Positions 1 through 11,358 of a DNA stretch of 64,000 bases are shown in pieces. The DNA comes from Nitrosopumilus sp. (GTDB lineage: Archaea; Thermoproteota; Nitrososphaeria; Nitrososphaerales; Nitrosopumilaceae). Each line of letters begins with the position of its first letter. Positions within the stretch are counted from its first letter, which is position 1. A program made the translations under genes and the position numbers. Below the pieces are notes generated by a model. The model saw only the letters and a program-made list of their open reading frames with translations, did no database searches and was not told the origin of the DNA. The stretch covers positions 448,001-512,000 of the forward strand of contig OZ241857.1 in NCBI GenBank assembly GCA_965203315.1, in the 5' to 3' direction.

Positions 1-361
1 GATGTTTGCGTTGTTTTTTGGTTAGATTCTCATCTTGTAGGATCATTTGTATCATGTACCGTGGAACGCTTATTCCAAGATACTTTACTAGATCACGTTT
101 GAGATTTGCGGCTCCTTGACCTGTTAAAACACGCAGTGTTAGTACTGCAGAGTGTTCTAGCCTACCTACTAGACTCTTCTTGGGTCTACCCATGGGTTTT
201 GGGTATACCATCTGATTTGGTTCTACATTCTTGTATCTGGCAAACAATTTTTGAACCCAACGAACCGATACGCCCATCTGTTCTGCAATGACAGAGTTCT
301 TGGTTCCTTTGCTCTTTTCTCGTACAATGTATTGTACTTTTTGTTGATCTAATTTACTCAT
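1..361 (-). pseudogene. N-terminal HTH fragment of a transposase (IS481-like), apparently frameshifted and running off the window
   Basis: Manual minus-strand translation from ATG 361: MSKLDQQKVQYIVREKSKGTKNSVIAEQMGVSVRWVQKLFARYK...PMGRPKK, an HTH followed by the GRP motif typical of transposases. Confidence 0.5.
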
Positions 362-540
362 TCTTCGAATTCGCTTCTTGCCTACATATTTCCACCTCTC
401 ATCATAGCTGCGTACACGCTTTCGACGGGGCTTAGAACTTGCACTCACACTCTTGATTGAGGGGTGAACTACTTTTTGGATCTTACAATACAGAACCCGC
501 AATAGTAATGTTTTTAAGCTTATCTTCACTATGTTACTGT

Positions 541-654
541 ATGTTTAACAAAAAGTCTAGTAAACCCAAAGAAGACTCGGATAAACCATTCTATGGGAGT
601 ATACCAGGTATCGACATCCCTGGTGCTAGTAAGGGCAAGCTGAGACCATCGTAG
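541..654 (+). CDS. 37-aa micropeptide, paralogue 1
   Basis: MFNKKSSKPKEDSDKPFYGSIPGIDIPGASKGKLRPS; TTTTAA box about 25 nt upstream; conserved with 931-1053. Confidence 0.55.
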   Translation: MFNKKSSKPKEDSDKPFYGSIPGIDIPGASKGKLRPS

Positions 655-930
655 AATAGGGTACTTGGTGAAAAATCAAATACAAATAAAGAAATCGCTG
701 ATGAGCCTTTCTATGAAAGCATAGAAGTTTCTGTTCAATTGACGGTAGTCGAGATCGCGATGACATTATCTCAAAGAACGCCCAAGATGAGACTCAAAAC
801 AGCAACAATTTACGATAGCCGATATGAGTCCGTTTCCATATTTTGCAAAGTTTCAAGAATTTTGTGCAGAAAATACCAACCCCTGTCAAATGAACAGAAC
901 CTTTTAAACATATGGTTACTATGTTACTGT

Positions 931-1053
931 ATGTTTAACAAAAAATCAGATAAAACTAAAGATGACTCATATCAGCCTTTCTATGGAAGCATAGAAGCAC
1001 CAGACATACCAGGTGCCATAAAGGGCAAATTGAGACCAACATCAAAGGACTGA
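931..1053 (+). CDS. 40-aa micropeptide, paralogue 2
   Basis: MFNKKSDKTKDDSYQPFYGSIEAPDIPGAIKGKLRPTSKD; TTTTAAA at 902; shares upstream ctatgttactgt with copy 1. Confidence 0.55.
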   Translation: MFNKKSDKTKDDSYQPFYGSIEAPDIPGAIKGKLRPTSKD

Positions 1054-1155
1054 GTTTCCTAGCGGTCTTTTTTAGCTCTTGATCGAATGCGCATCCCTCA
1101 CAAACTCGAGATGTGTCAAATTTCCTCTTTTAAACAATTTTTACAGTTATGATGT

Positions 1156-2988
1156 GTGAAGACAGTACAGATCCACTCGTTCCAGCTGGTACCGCTAAAC
1201 CTAGAGTTTGCATCGAGTTCTACACAGGTGGCAGGAGTATCAGAACGAGACATCATAATATCGCAGTTTCTATCGTTATTTGACAAGCTAGAGAGTCCAT
1301 TCTGGCTAGATGTGATACGCGACTATGAAGAACTGTTATTCTACAAGACTCCTCGATACTGTGCCTTTGATAGTACAATACTAAACGTAACTGATGAAAA
1401 TCCAGAGAGCATTCTCAAAGGTGCAGGTGTAAAGTATACTACAGTATCATCACGCAAATGGAACATATCATACGAGTCACCAAACTATTGCAAGCTAGAA
1501 GATGATCTATACGCCAAAGCATACACATTATCAGTACTACATGACGATCTTGTACCTGGTTGGATATACGACATATATCGATATGCAGATGCATTGAGAA
1601 TATTTGTAGAACCGATACCTGTAGAAAAGTATCAGAGTATTATCGCAAATCACAAGACTGCAGCAATAACACTATCCTCTACATTAAAGATGGACTTGGC
1701 AGAGAACATTTCAATAATCAAAGAACTAGTACTGAACAAGAAACTAGAGAAATTATACTTTACCAAAGTCATACCTATCGTACTAGCCAAAGATCTAAAC
1801 ACATTAAATGAAAAACAAAAGTCCTTTGTACAAAACACAAAGAATGTTCCCGGTATCGATACTGCAAAGCATATACAATCACAGTTGATTCGCGGTAAAC
1901 TAGGACAGAACATCCTAATGTCAACATCTGCATTTCATGCATTACTGCCTTTTTGCACATCTGAACTATACGAAGATGGTGGCACACTACTCGGCGAGAA
2001 CATGCTTACCGGAAATCCTATACGATGGAACATCAACAACAGGTTAAACCGTAATACCGTACTTGCAGCTACATCGGGCTCTGGCAAGACTACACTTGCA
2101 ATGTTGATAATTCATGCATTTGAGAGAATGTATCCACAGAGTTTCATATTTGGTGTAGACCCAGAGAACGAGTATGCTGCACTAGGTCAAAACATGGGAT
2201 TCGAATACATTGATTACTCGTTTGGTCGCAAGATGGGTCTTGATCTATTCAAGATGGTACCAGACTCGTTCGCAGCTGCTGAAACTCTGTGTAATGCACT
2301 AGGAGTACCCGAGATAGACAGAATCCAACCAAACACAGCAGCTGCCAAACTAGCAGGTATGGATATCAAACAGCGTAGCTTTGCAGAGTTTTACAAGTAT
2401 CTACAAGAGTCTGATGACAAAGAGATCATTCGTTACTTTAAAGCACTAGCAAGTCCACCATACTCTGATTTCTTTGAAGGTAAGCCACCTGTATCCAACA
2501 AGATAATACTATCGCTCAAGAATATCGGCTCTGCAGGTGGAACAGTCCATCGGCTCATTACACAGATATCGTTATCATACGCGATGGGCAGAGCACTACT
2601 CATGCCAAAGATAATCCCCAAATTGTTCATGCTAGATGAGGTCTGGATGTTACTCCAACATGATACACTGGGAAATTACATACAAAATCTATCTCGGCGT
2701 GGAAGAAAGTACAACATCAATCTAATGATGGCTACACAGAATATAGAAGATATGACAGACAACATATCGGCAAGAAACGTTCTTGTAAACAGCGATACTG
2801 TCATGTTTCTACGACAGTCCGAAGCTACGATATCATCACTAAAAGAACACTTTGTGTTATCTGATAGGGCAGTATCATTTTTGTTGCAACTAGAACGTGG
2901 TCAAGCGTTGATCAAATATGGCAACAACATGGTACCTGCAAGGATTCTACCCGACAAGGCACAGTTGGAGCTATTTAGACCGAGATAA
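1156..2988 (+). CDS. VirB4/TraC-like conjugation ATPase (HerA/FtsK superfamily)
   Basis: Walker A ATSGSGKT, VDPENEY, Walker B FMLDEVW, RRGRKY..ATQ; TATA-like TTTTAAA about 25 nt before the GTG start. Confidence 0.8.
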   Translation: MKTVQIHSFQLVPLNLEFASSSTQVAGVSERDIIISQFLSLFDKLESPFWLDVIRDYEELLFYKTPRYCAFDSTILNVTDENPESILKGAGVKYTTVSSRKWNISYESPNYCKLEDDLYAKAYTLSVLHDDLVPGWIYDIYRYADALRIFVEPIPVEKYQSIIANHKTAAITLSSTLKMDLAENISIIKELVLNKKLEKLYFTKVIPIVLAKDLNTLNEKQKSFVQNTKNVPGIDTAKHIQSQLIRGKLGQNILMSTSAFHALLPFCTSELYEDGGTLLGENMLTGNPIRWNINNRLNRNTVLAATSGSGKTTLAMLIIHAFERMYPQSFIFGVDPENEYAALGQNMGFEYIDYSFGRKMGLDLFKMVPDSFAAAETLCNALGVPEIDRIQPNTAAAKLAGMDIKQRSFAEFYKYLQESDDKEIIRYFKALASPPYSDFFEGKPPVSNKIILSLKNIGSAGGTVHRLITQISLSYAMGRALLMPKIIPKLFMLDEVWMLLQHDTLGNYIQNLSRRGRKYNINLMMATQNIEDMTDNISARNVLVNSDTVMFLRQSEATISSLKEHFVLSDRAVSFLLQLERGQALIKYGNNMVPARILPDKAQLELFRPR

Positions 2989-2989
2989 G

Positions 2990-5623
2990 ATGCCACAGAC
3001 CATTACAAATCCCAATGACTATTCCGTAATAGGATATCTAGACAAGAGAAAGGTACTGGCTATTCCAAATATATCTAGACAGAATCTACTAATTCTAGGA
3101 GAGATAGGCTCTGGCAAATCTAGTATACTACGACTGTTGATATATCAAGATATTGTAGCAGGTAGAGGATTCCTACTAGCAGAGAATCACTCTGAACTAT
3201 CCAGAGAGATACTGTCGATGATTCCGCCAGAGCAATACCACAAGCTAGTGTACATTAGTCTGTCATCTATAAAAAAATACGACAAGACACTACGATTCAA
3301 TCCACTAGAGATGGATGATCCTCAAGATGCAGGAATGATTGCGTTAAACTTTACCGAGTGTTTAGCAAAAGCATTTGCTGACTCGTGGGGTGCACGAGTA
3401 GAGACATGTGCTAGAAACGGAGCACTATCGGTAATAGGCACACAGAGTAATACCATAGGTGCAATGTTAAAACTACTCACAGACAAGGACTTTCGTCAGA
3501 CGTTCATACCTGAAATAGCCAACAAACAGGCAAGAGATTTCTTTTCACACGTATATGACGAACAGTATCCAAAAGAGGCAGGAGGCGTAATATTCAACAA
3601 ACTCAACAAGATGCTGACTATACCAGAAATGGATGCAATGTTTAATACGAAAAAGTCATCGATATCATTTTTGGATATCATAAACAACGGTATGTATGTT
3701 GTACTAGATTTTGGCGGACTACCAAACGATATGGTGATGTTTCTAGGCAATGTCTTTCTGCATCTATTTTATACACAGTACAAGAAACGAGCCAAGAATA
3801 GATCTGGCATATACGATACATTCAATCTGTATCTAGACGAGGTACAAATGTTCTCACCACCGATGATTCGAGAGTTACTGAATACAGTTCGTAAATACGG
3901 TATAAAGGCCACAATAGCAACACAGTCGATAACTGCAGTAGGCAAAGAACTATCAGACGAGATAACAACGCTGTGTAGAGCAGTGGCATGTTTCAGGTGT
4001 GACAATACAACAGCATATCATCTAAAGTCTATCTTGCCTATCAAACCCGAAGCTCAACAACAGCTGTCGTTTCACTATTTTTCATACTATGGAGCAGGAG
4101 ATAAACCCATACGAGCGGTAGCCAAAACTAAACACATGAACATTCCAGACACATCAGAACAAGCAAGTAAAGCAAGCGTAATGAATCTAGGTTCGTTTAT
4201 ATCTCTAGACAAGTACTATACATCACAAGGTGGAAATGCAGATGTCGTACTATCACCACTAGAGTTTGGCATACTGAATCTATTACGAATGGAGAATAGA
4301 GACATGACCAAAAACGAGATAACAGAAAAGATAACTCGTATATTTGTAACCAATCCACGCGCAATAACAAACGCACTAAACGATACATTGGTCGCTACCA
4401 ATAGATTCGTTGCAATAAAAGACGTCATGTCAGACGATGGTGATGATAAACTAGAGACTAGATACGTGATCACCAAGACAGCACATTCTAAAATATTTAG
4501 TCATGCAGCAGCAGGTAGACGCGCAGGAAGTGATCTACATCTACGTACTATATTTACCATAATGGATCTACAAACAAATCTGTACTGTTACTGTATTCCC
4601 GATCTTGGTAAAAACACATCACAGAAGGCAGACCTTGTTATATTTTCACCAAAAAAGATCAAACCCAAAGATCCAAAACAAGAGACGTTATACGGAACAA
4701 AATTCCATCCAACCGAATGGTCAGATAAAATAGTTGCGGTGGAGGTAGAGACTGCACCTAACAAACACTGGGATCAGATACACATCAACTATATAAAAAA
4801 TGAAAAGATGGGATACTTTACATGGTTTGTTGTATACGATGAGAATGCAAAACGAGGCATATATCACACACTGCAAGAACACGGTATATCTTCTCAAGAC
4901 TATTCGATACTAGTATATGACAAAAAGTCACTACTTGGCGCCGATATCTCTCTAGTTCGTTCAGATATTGAGTCGTGTATATGGAAAGTAATATTTGACA
5001 ACAGAGGTGCAACCGTACAGAATATCTGCGATTCACTAGTAGATTATGATAAATCGGATATCAAGAGAGCGATACAACACATGAGTGAAACGGGAGCATT
5101 AGAATCTAGACGGAATAAGAGTGACACAGCTGATATCTGGTGTATATCTGCAATACGTAACGCCAGTAATGATTCACTGGGTGTAGAGGCCATACCTGGA
5201 ACAACACCACAAGACAAGGAGCGATATGCAGCAACACGAGAGATATCTGACGTATCTGTCGATGTCAATCCAAATACAGTACAAGATACATCTTTGAATA
5301 TCGAAAAAATACTAGATCATCCGGTGGTTCGAACTAGACCGACTCTAGACGATCATATCTTTACAGATACACCGATATCTGATGTGCAGGACTCGCAAAC
5401 ATCTAGTTCTATCCCGGATAAAGAGTGTACAGATGCCAAACCAGACATGACAAACGTGCAGTTGCTAGAGTACTGGATCAACATACATGATCTGACTGAT
5501 CCAGAATCTCAATCAGTACTAAAGGATATTGAAGCAAAGTTGATGAACCGAGGATTAATGGTAAAATCTAGAAGAGGCAAGTTCTTTCTATCAAAGATTC
5601 CCAAAAATCAAAAGTCCAAGTAG
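2990..5623 (+). CDS. VirD4/TraD-like coupling ATPase fused to wHTH and PD-(D/E)xK-like (replication-relaxation-like) C-terminal domains
   Basis: GEIGSGKS, FNPLE, LYLDEVQ, RKYG..ATQ; C-terminal H..IPD..ADLVIF..AVEVET; ATG directly after the VirB4-like stop. Confidence 0.7.
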   Translation: MPQTITNPNDYSVIGYLDKRKVLAIPNISRQNLLILGEIGSGKSSILRLLIYQDIVAGRGFLLAENHSELSREILSMIPPEQYHKLVYISLSSIKKYDKTLRFNPLEMDDPQDAGMIALNFTECLAKAFADSWGARVETCARNGALSVIGTQSNTIGAMLKLLTDKDFRQTFIPEIANKQARDFFSHVYDEQYPKEAGGVIFNKLNKMLTIPEMDAMFNTKKSSISFLDIINNGMYVVLDFGGLPNDMVMFLGNVFLHLFYTQYKKRAKNRSGIYDTFNLYLDEVQMFSPPMIRELLNTVRKYGIKATIATQSITAVGKELSDEITTLCRAVACFRCDNTTAYHLKSILPIKPEAQQQLSFHYFSYYGAGDKPIRAVAKTKHMNIPDTSEQASKASVMNLGSFISLDKYYTSQGGNADVVLSPLEFGILNLLRMENRDMTKNEITEKITRIFVTNPRAITNALNDTLVATNRFVAIKDVMSDDGDDKLETRYVITKTAHSKIFSHAAAGRRAGSDLHLRTIFTIMDLQTNLYCYCIPDLGKNTSQKADLVIFSPKKIKPKDPKQETLYGTKFHPTEWSDKIVAVEVETAPNKHWDQIHINYIKNEKMGYFTWFVVYDENAKRGIYHTLQEHGISSQDYSILVYDKKSLLGADISLVRSDIESCIWKVIFDNRGATVQNICDSLVDYDKSDIKRAIQHMSETGALESRRNKSDTADIWCISAIRNASNDSLGVEAIPGTTPQDKERYAATREISDVSVDVNPNTVQDTSLNIEKILDHPVVRTRPTLDDHIFTDTPISDVQDSQTSSSIPDKECTDAKPDMTNVQLLEYWINIHDLTDPESQSVLKDIEAKLMNRGLMVKSRRGKFFLSKIPKNQKSK

Positions 5624-5661
5624 ATTTAGTAAATGAGCAGTATTGTATTCTCTACTTGTAG

Positions 5662-7184
5662 GAGGTTGTCCGGTGAATAGGAATAGGGCAGCTGCAAATC
5701 CACTCATCGGGGATACAAATCGCTCGATTTTGAACACATGAGAAATATTTTCTCTAATTGCATCGTTTCTAGTGTTGTTTTTTCAACTGCTGCATAGAAT
5801 TAGTAACAAGTTCTAGTTTACAATTAATTTTAAAACACAAAATAGATATCAAAATGAAAAGATCTATAAAGGGGAACTATTTTTAGAAATGTCATGGCGA
5901 GTGATTTCCCTTATTGGTTCAAGTTTCTAAAAGATGAGGACATGAATCGTAAAGAAAAACGTGAGAAAGCAAGAAATTTAAGTAGAATTATGAAATCATT
6001 AAAACATAAACCAAGATTAAGACTTTTATTTTTTATGCTTGTTTTAAGATTGGAAGACGAGGATAAATTTAAAGAAGAATTCGAAAAAGAGTTAACTCTT
6101 ATGAATAAAAATAAACGTGGTGGACAATTCCTTTATTCAGAAGCTCTTATAATGTACGCAGGCATTACAAAATCTAGAAACAACTATTCATATAGACGAC
6201 TCATAAAAGAGTTAGAGAAATCTTTTCCTAATTTCAAGATACCACGTAGATCTCAGTTACACGCTAGAATAAAAGCACAGGAAGTCGATATTTTAAACGA
6301 TCTCTTAATTATAAAGTCTAAAATGCCACATACTCTAGCTATTGATGCTTCTGGCTTTAGACAACATGCAGGTGGTCGATGGATTGAAGCCCATTACAAA
6401 GTAGAACGAGATGGATTTGTAAAAATGCACATTTGTATAGACGTGAATTCAAAGATTATAAGGTCATACAGCATTACGACTGACAAGAAATCAGATTCGT
6501 CACAGTTTAAGCAACTATTAAAAGATGCAACAGAGATAGTTGATGAATGTAATCGTACCGGTAAACCAATCACAAAGAAAATTCTCGCCGACAAAGGTTA
6601 TGATACAAAAAAGATTCACGAGTTTTGTATGATGTATAATCTCATCAATGGAATATTGATAAAACGTAATGCAGTATCACATGGAGATGATCCCAGAAGT
6701 AAATTAGCCGAGTTTCAATTTGGTGCTTTAGATGGTAAAGATCTAAATTCCATGCCAACAGACGAACGCGAAGAAAATCAAGATGATTGGAAGATAATTC
6801 TAGGATATGGAGACCGTGCAAATGTTGAAGGCGTATTTTCAACAATGAAACTCCTATTTGGTGAAGACATTAAAGCAATAAAATGGGAAAACATGGTTCA
6901 AGAGTTAAAGTTCAAGATTGCTGCACATAATTCAAAAGTAATTTTAGCACAAGTGGGTATTGAGTGGTAACCAAATACTGTTTTTTGGTAAATGCATGCT
7001 TGTCGAGCATTAATTTGTGGCGTTTTAATTAATCAAACTTGATTATTGAAGTGCAAAACGGTACACTTTGCACCAAAGTTTAACTTTTAATAGAAAAATA
7101 ACGGCAAATAGAGTTAATTTGTTGTATTTTGTTTAAGAGATCATAAAATGCATAGATTTTACGAGATATTCACCGGACAACCCC
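5662..7184 (+). mobile_element. IS5-family insertion sequence (ISH1-like)
   Basis: TIRs gaggttgtccggtgaata / tattcaccggacaacccc; 8-bp TSD acttgtag on both sides. Confidence 0.9.
5894..6970 (+). CDS. IS5-family DDE transposase
   Basis: AIDASG, KMH, ADKGYD, YGDRANVEGVFSTMK motifs. Confidence 0.9.
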   Translation: MASDFPYWFKFLKDEDMNRKEKREKARNLSRIMKSLKHKPRLRLLFFMLVLRLEDEDKFKEEFEKELTLMNKNKRGGQFLYSEALIMYAGITKSRNNYSYRRLIKELEKSFPNFKIPRRSQLHARIKAQEVDILNDLLIIKSKMPHTLAIDASGFRQHAGGRWIEAHYKVERDGFVKMHICIDVNSKIIRSYSITTDKKSDSSQFKQLLKDATEIVDECNRTGKPITKKILADKGYDTKKIHEFCMMYNLINGILIKRNAVSHGDDPRSKLAEFQFGALDGKDLNSMPTDEREENQDDWKIILGYGDRANVEGVFSTMKLLFGEDIKAIKWENMVQELKFKIAAHNSKVILAQVGIEW

Positions 7185-7215
7185 ACTTGTAGATACATAT
7201 TCGATACTTTTTGAT

Positions 7216-8136
7216 ATGCGTGTCCAGATCCAATTGCAAACAAGATTTAAAAAAACCAACGCCTCAATCTGGACTATGAGTACAAGCTCGATTATGATCG
7301 ATACCGATATAATTTACAATGAAGACTGTATTGATACAATGGCACGATTTCCTGATAACTGTATCTGCCTTGTAGTTACTTATCCTCCATATGACAACAT
7401 GAGAAAGTACAATGGTACCAGCTTCAATGAATTTGAGACCATATCTTGTGAACTATGCCGAGTGATAAAAGATGGCAGAGTTGTTGTGTGGGTTATGGGA
7501 GATCAGACGCGTAATGGAAACGAGAGTGGAACGTTATTTACATATGCCTTATTCTTCAAAGATATCGGATTTAATCTATTTGATACAATGATATATCTCA
7601 AACCGCCACATGGTGCTGTTGGTAACAACAAGACTTGTTGGCAGTCATTTGAGTACCTGTTTGTATTTTCTAAAAATAAACTAAAGACGATCAATCTATT
7701 AATTGACAGAGAGAACAAAGACTCTCGAGATGGAGATAACGGTACAAAGAGATTGTACAACGGCACCCTAAAGAGCGTAAAACGAAACGAATACGAAAAG
7801 ATGGGTAAAAGGACGAACGTTTGGGAGTACTATACTAAAAGAGGACATTCTGCAACAGACAATATAGAAGATCAACACCCATCAATATTTTCAAAAAAAC
7901 TCGCAAGAGATCACAACATGTCATGGAGCAGTAAAGGTGATATTGTATATGATCCGTTCATGGGATCTGGTACAACTACAAAGATGTGTGTCTTGAATGA
8001 TCGCAAGTACATCAGAAGTGAGTTGGATAAAAATTATTATAGAATATCAAAAAAGAGATTAAAGACTTGTCAGACCCGGACGCAACTAGATTGTATATAT
8101 TTGTCGAATTCAATAAAAAAATCCAGAGGCCAATAA
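7216..8136 (+). CDS. N4/N6 DNA methyltransferase (beta-type), catalytic motif altered
   Basis: VVTYPPY in place of TSPPY, HPSIF, DPFMGSGTT; true start probably downstream of 7216. Confidence 0.75.
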   Translation: MRVQIQLQTRFKKTNASIWTMSTSSIMIDTDIIYNEDCIDTMARFPDNCICLVVTYPPYDNMRKYNGTSFNEFETISCELCRVIKDGRVVVWVMGDQTRNGNESGTLFTYALFFKDIGFNLFDTMIYLKPPHGAVGNNKTCWQSFEYLFVFSKNKLKTINLLIDRENKDSRDGDNGTKRLYNGTLKSVKRNEYEKMGKRTNVWEYYTKRGHSATDNIEDQHPSIFSKKLARDHNMSWSSKGDIVYDPFMGSGTTTKMCVLNDRKYIRSELDKNYYRISKKRLKTCQTRTQLDCIYLSNSIKKSRGQ

Positions 8137-8137
8137 A

Positions 8138-8973
8138 ATGGTAACTAGACAACAGGTTGATAAAAAACAAAGAGGAATCTATGACAAACGAAACAATCTC
8201 AATGACTTGACAGGAAAAGAATGGCTTCAAATGTCAAAGAGTGTTTGGATTAGTAAAAGAAATGTTATTGACAAGGATGCATTTGATCACCCTGCACCAT
8301 TTTTATTTGAAGATATTAAAAGGTTAATTCTTACTTTTACTAAAAAAACGATCATGTTGCAGACATATTCATGGGTAGTGGAACAACCATTATTGCGTCT
8401 ACACTCTCTAAGAGATATGGAATAGGAATTGATCTTAATAAACAATATTGTAATTTAGCAAAAAAAAGACTGCGCAAGCTTCAGATACCAAAAGAAAATT
8501 TTAAAGTAATATGTGGCGACGCTTTAAAGGTTATAAAAAAAATAGACAAGATGGATTATTGTGTGACATCACCCCCATATCACAACATACTTAGAAATAA
8601 TGGAATGGGTTTACGGCACGATGGAAGTCAAAAAAGACAAGGAGTTGAATATTATTCAAACAATTTAAACGATCTAGGAAATAAAAAAACATATAAAGCA
8701 TACTTGCAATCTATTGAAGAAATAATGGTTGAAATGTACAAAAAACTGTCCGACAAAAAATACTGTACCATAATAATCAGCGATTTTACAGTAAACAAAA
8801 AAGAGACTAATGCTCATGGAGATATGATCAACTTGATGCAGAATGTTGGCTTTGAATTTACCGGAAATATAATATTGGTTCAAGACAGCAAACCACTGTA
8901 TCCCTTTGGCTACCCATATGCATTTAAGATAAACCATGTACATCAATATTTATTAAATTTTAGAAAAATTTGA
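8138..8973 (+). pseudogene. DNA methyltransferase split by a frameshift
   Basis: ORF 8138-8425 (HPAPF) and ORF 8371-8973 (MGSGTT, VTSPPY) overlap across the A-run near 8342. Confidence 0.75.
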
Positions 8974-8991
8974 AGCACTAGTTACATCGTT

Positions 8992-11358
8992 TTATGATTT
9001 TTTGAATAATTTAGTAAACGAGTCTTCAGTCATACTTTCATTTTTAATGAAACTTTCGAGGCGATCATATAAGATGATTTGCCACTTGTCTTTTTTGAAA
9101 TAATCGGAAAACAATGGTTCGGTTTTCTTTCGCTCAAAAAATTTCATTCTTTCGTTAGGCAACACGATTATCCTTTTGACTTCGTGAGAGCTTATGTTGG
9201 AGCCACGTTCCAATGCAGTTGTAATGCCTGTAGAGTTTTCAACTTCGAACGCGTATTTGATTTTCCCCTCTTTCATCCACAAAACGTCAATTAGTTTTAT
9301 TCTATCGCTGTTTGGAATACTATCAAGATCGAAATCTATACAAATGTTGCTCATTTCAGAATTTTTTGACTTGTCAGGCGACCAAACATCGTAACCAAAT
9401 TTTACTCCAATTTTCATCAAAACGGTTTCTATACTTGTATGTTTTGATAATATTTCGCTCTCATTCATTCCTAACTTTAGTTTCCACATACCGTCGCTTG
9501 TTTTTTCACCATATTCGTTCAAGTAGTATCCAACATTTTCTGTGTCTGGCGTAAGTGAGTTTGGAAACTTTTCAAAGATACTTCCAAGTACTTGATCGTA
9601 AGTTACTTTATAATTTTGCCGCAATACATTTAGAACAGCTTCTTCAACTCTGTCAGATAGCGGAATGCTGAGCTTTGATTTTTTAATTACAGAGTCAGTA
9701 AACCACCACAATTCATTTTTAATTTTTATGAAATCCTTACTTTTGTCGAGTATTGTTGATATTTGATTGTCTGACGAAAAATGAATTCGCATCCCTGACT
9801 GTCCCATCTCTTCATACATGTGTGGAATCATTGCAGCTATTTCTGTAGGTTCACCACGTTGGCTGAGTACCTCTTTAGCTATTCTCTCCACAATACTCTC
9901 GAATTTAATTTCTACAAAATCAGTCAGTTTAGTGACACTCTCATCTTTTTTTGGTTTTCTAAACCGGATGTAAAAATCACTCACGGAAGTACCCCATGGA
10001 CTAACTGCACCCGTTTCCCCAGCTCTTCTATTCATCTGAAACAAAATTTTTTCTAGTACGAATCCACTGTTTTGACATGCCTTTAGTATAGAGTTGAATA
10101 TTTTTGGTTTACTGTTGTGAAATGTTACTGTCATATACTTTCCTCCTTTCAAAACTCTGAAAATTTGATCAAATACAAGATCTAGCCTTCTATGATATTC
10201 TTCAAAGTCTATTTTCTTATGAGAATCAATTGTAATTTCATCATCAAACGGAATTGTAAATCTGTCGTCAACAAGTGCCAACCATGCACTCCAAATAAAG
10301 CTCAAATCAAAGTAAGCGATTAATCCTCCATAAGGAGGATCAGTTATCACATAATCTATACTGTTGTCCTTGAGAAAGTTTACCATTTCTAAAGCATTTG
10401 TTTGTGATAACAATACAGTGCTATCAAAATTTAAATCTTGAACGGTTTTGGCAAATTTGACCTTGTCCATTAATCTTTCATTAGAGTTTATTTTTCCCTT
10501 AATAATTCCTTGGTTACCTTCTATTGCTCTTTCAAACTGTAGGAATGGATTCAATTCCATGTTCTTTTTCGGTTTCATGTATGATGGTCTCCCCCAGCTG
10601 CCAGAACCAACTCTGCCAGAATGCTCTCTGACACTTGGTATGCTCGATACAAGATGAACCATCGATATAAAAGCAAATTTGAAAAAATCTTTTAGAACTA
10701 TATCATCAACCTTGTTAATTCTATTAAAAATTACTGCAAGAGCAAAAAGATTACGTCTAGTAAATAACTCCTCATACGTTTCACCATAATTTCTTCGAGC
10801 CATATCAAAAGCAGCAGTATGTGGAAATTTTTGCTTTGGATATTGAAACTTTATGTCATGTACATTGGAGATAGAGATTGCTTTCTTGTCGTTTTGATCT
10901 AGTGATTTTTCTTGATATTTTTTGACACATGAGCATTTGTAAAAAATTGTGTATGGAATGTCGTCCACTCGATTCACTGTAACTAGTCTTGCGTTATTTC
11001 CACAGCGGATACACAGCGTTGCAAAAAAGTTAGATCCTTTCTCATACTTGTCTAGATCTTTTTTTATCTTATTCCACTCTTTATTGAATTTGGATATATC
11101 TAGTGGTTTTAAAATCATTTTTGCTTGAAAGATTGCTATTGGATTCAAGTCAATGCCTATGGCTTTACGTCCATTTCTTACAGATTCAGCGACTCCCACA
11201 CCACGGCCACAAAAAGGATCTAAAACAACATCGTTGCTTTCTGTGTACTTTTTAATGTATTCTGCCCATATGTTGTGAGGTTTACCGCCCCACCACTTCA
11301 TCATCTTGTACATCATTGGCCTTTTGTTTTCTACAAGTGCAGTGTTGATATGATCCAT
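8992..11358 (-). CDS. DNA adenine methyltransferase fused to a C-terminal PD-(D/E)xK-like nuclease domain
   Basis: DPFCGRG, CxxC..CxC, ITDPPY; C-terminal IDVLW..AFEVENS. Confidence 0.75.
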   Translation of the reverse strand: MDHINTALVENKRPMMYKMMKWWGGKPHNIWAEYIKKYTESNDVVLDPFCGRGVGVAESVRNGRKAIGIDLNPIAIFQAKMILKPLDISKFNKEWNKIKKDLDKYEKGSNFFATLCIRCGNNARLVTVNRVDDIPYTIFYKCSCVKKYQEKSLDQNDKKAISISNVHDIKFQYPKQKFPHTAAFDMARRNYGETYEELFTRRNLFALAVIFNRINKVDDIVLKDFFKFAFISMVHLVSSIPSVREHSGRVGSGSWGRPSYMKPKKNMELNPFLQFERAIEGNQGIIKGKINSNERLMDKVKFAKTVQDLNFDSTVLLSQTNALEMVNFLKDNSIDYVITDPPYGGLIAYFDLSFIWSAWLALVDDRFTIPFDDEITIDSHKKIDFEEYHRRLDLVFDQIFRVLKGGKYMTVTFHNSKPKIFNSILKACQNSGFVLEKILFQMNRRAGETGAVSPWGTSVSDFYIRFRKPKKDESVTKLTDFVEIKFESIVERIAKEVLSQRGEPTEIAAMIPHMYEEMGQSGMRIHFSSDNQISTILDKSKDFIKIKNELWWFTDSVIKKSKLSIPLSDRVEEAVLNVLRQNYKVTYDQVLGSIFEKFPNSLTPDTENVGYYLNEYGEKTSDGMWKLKLGMNESEILSKHTSIETVLMKIGVKFGYDVWSPDKSKNSEMSNICIDFDLDSIPNSDRIKLIDVLWMKEGKIKYAFEVENSTGITTALERGSNISSHEVKRIIVLPNERMKFFERKKTEPLFSDYFKKDKWQIILYDRLESFIKNESMTEDSFTKLFKKS

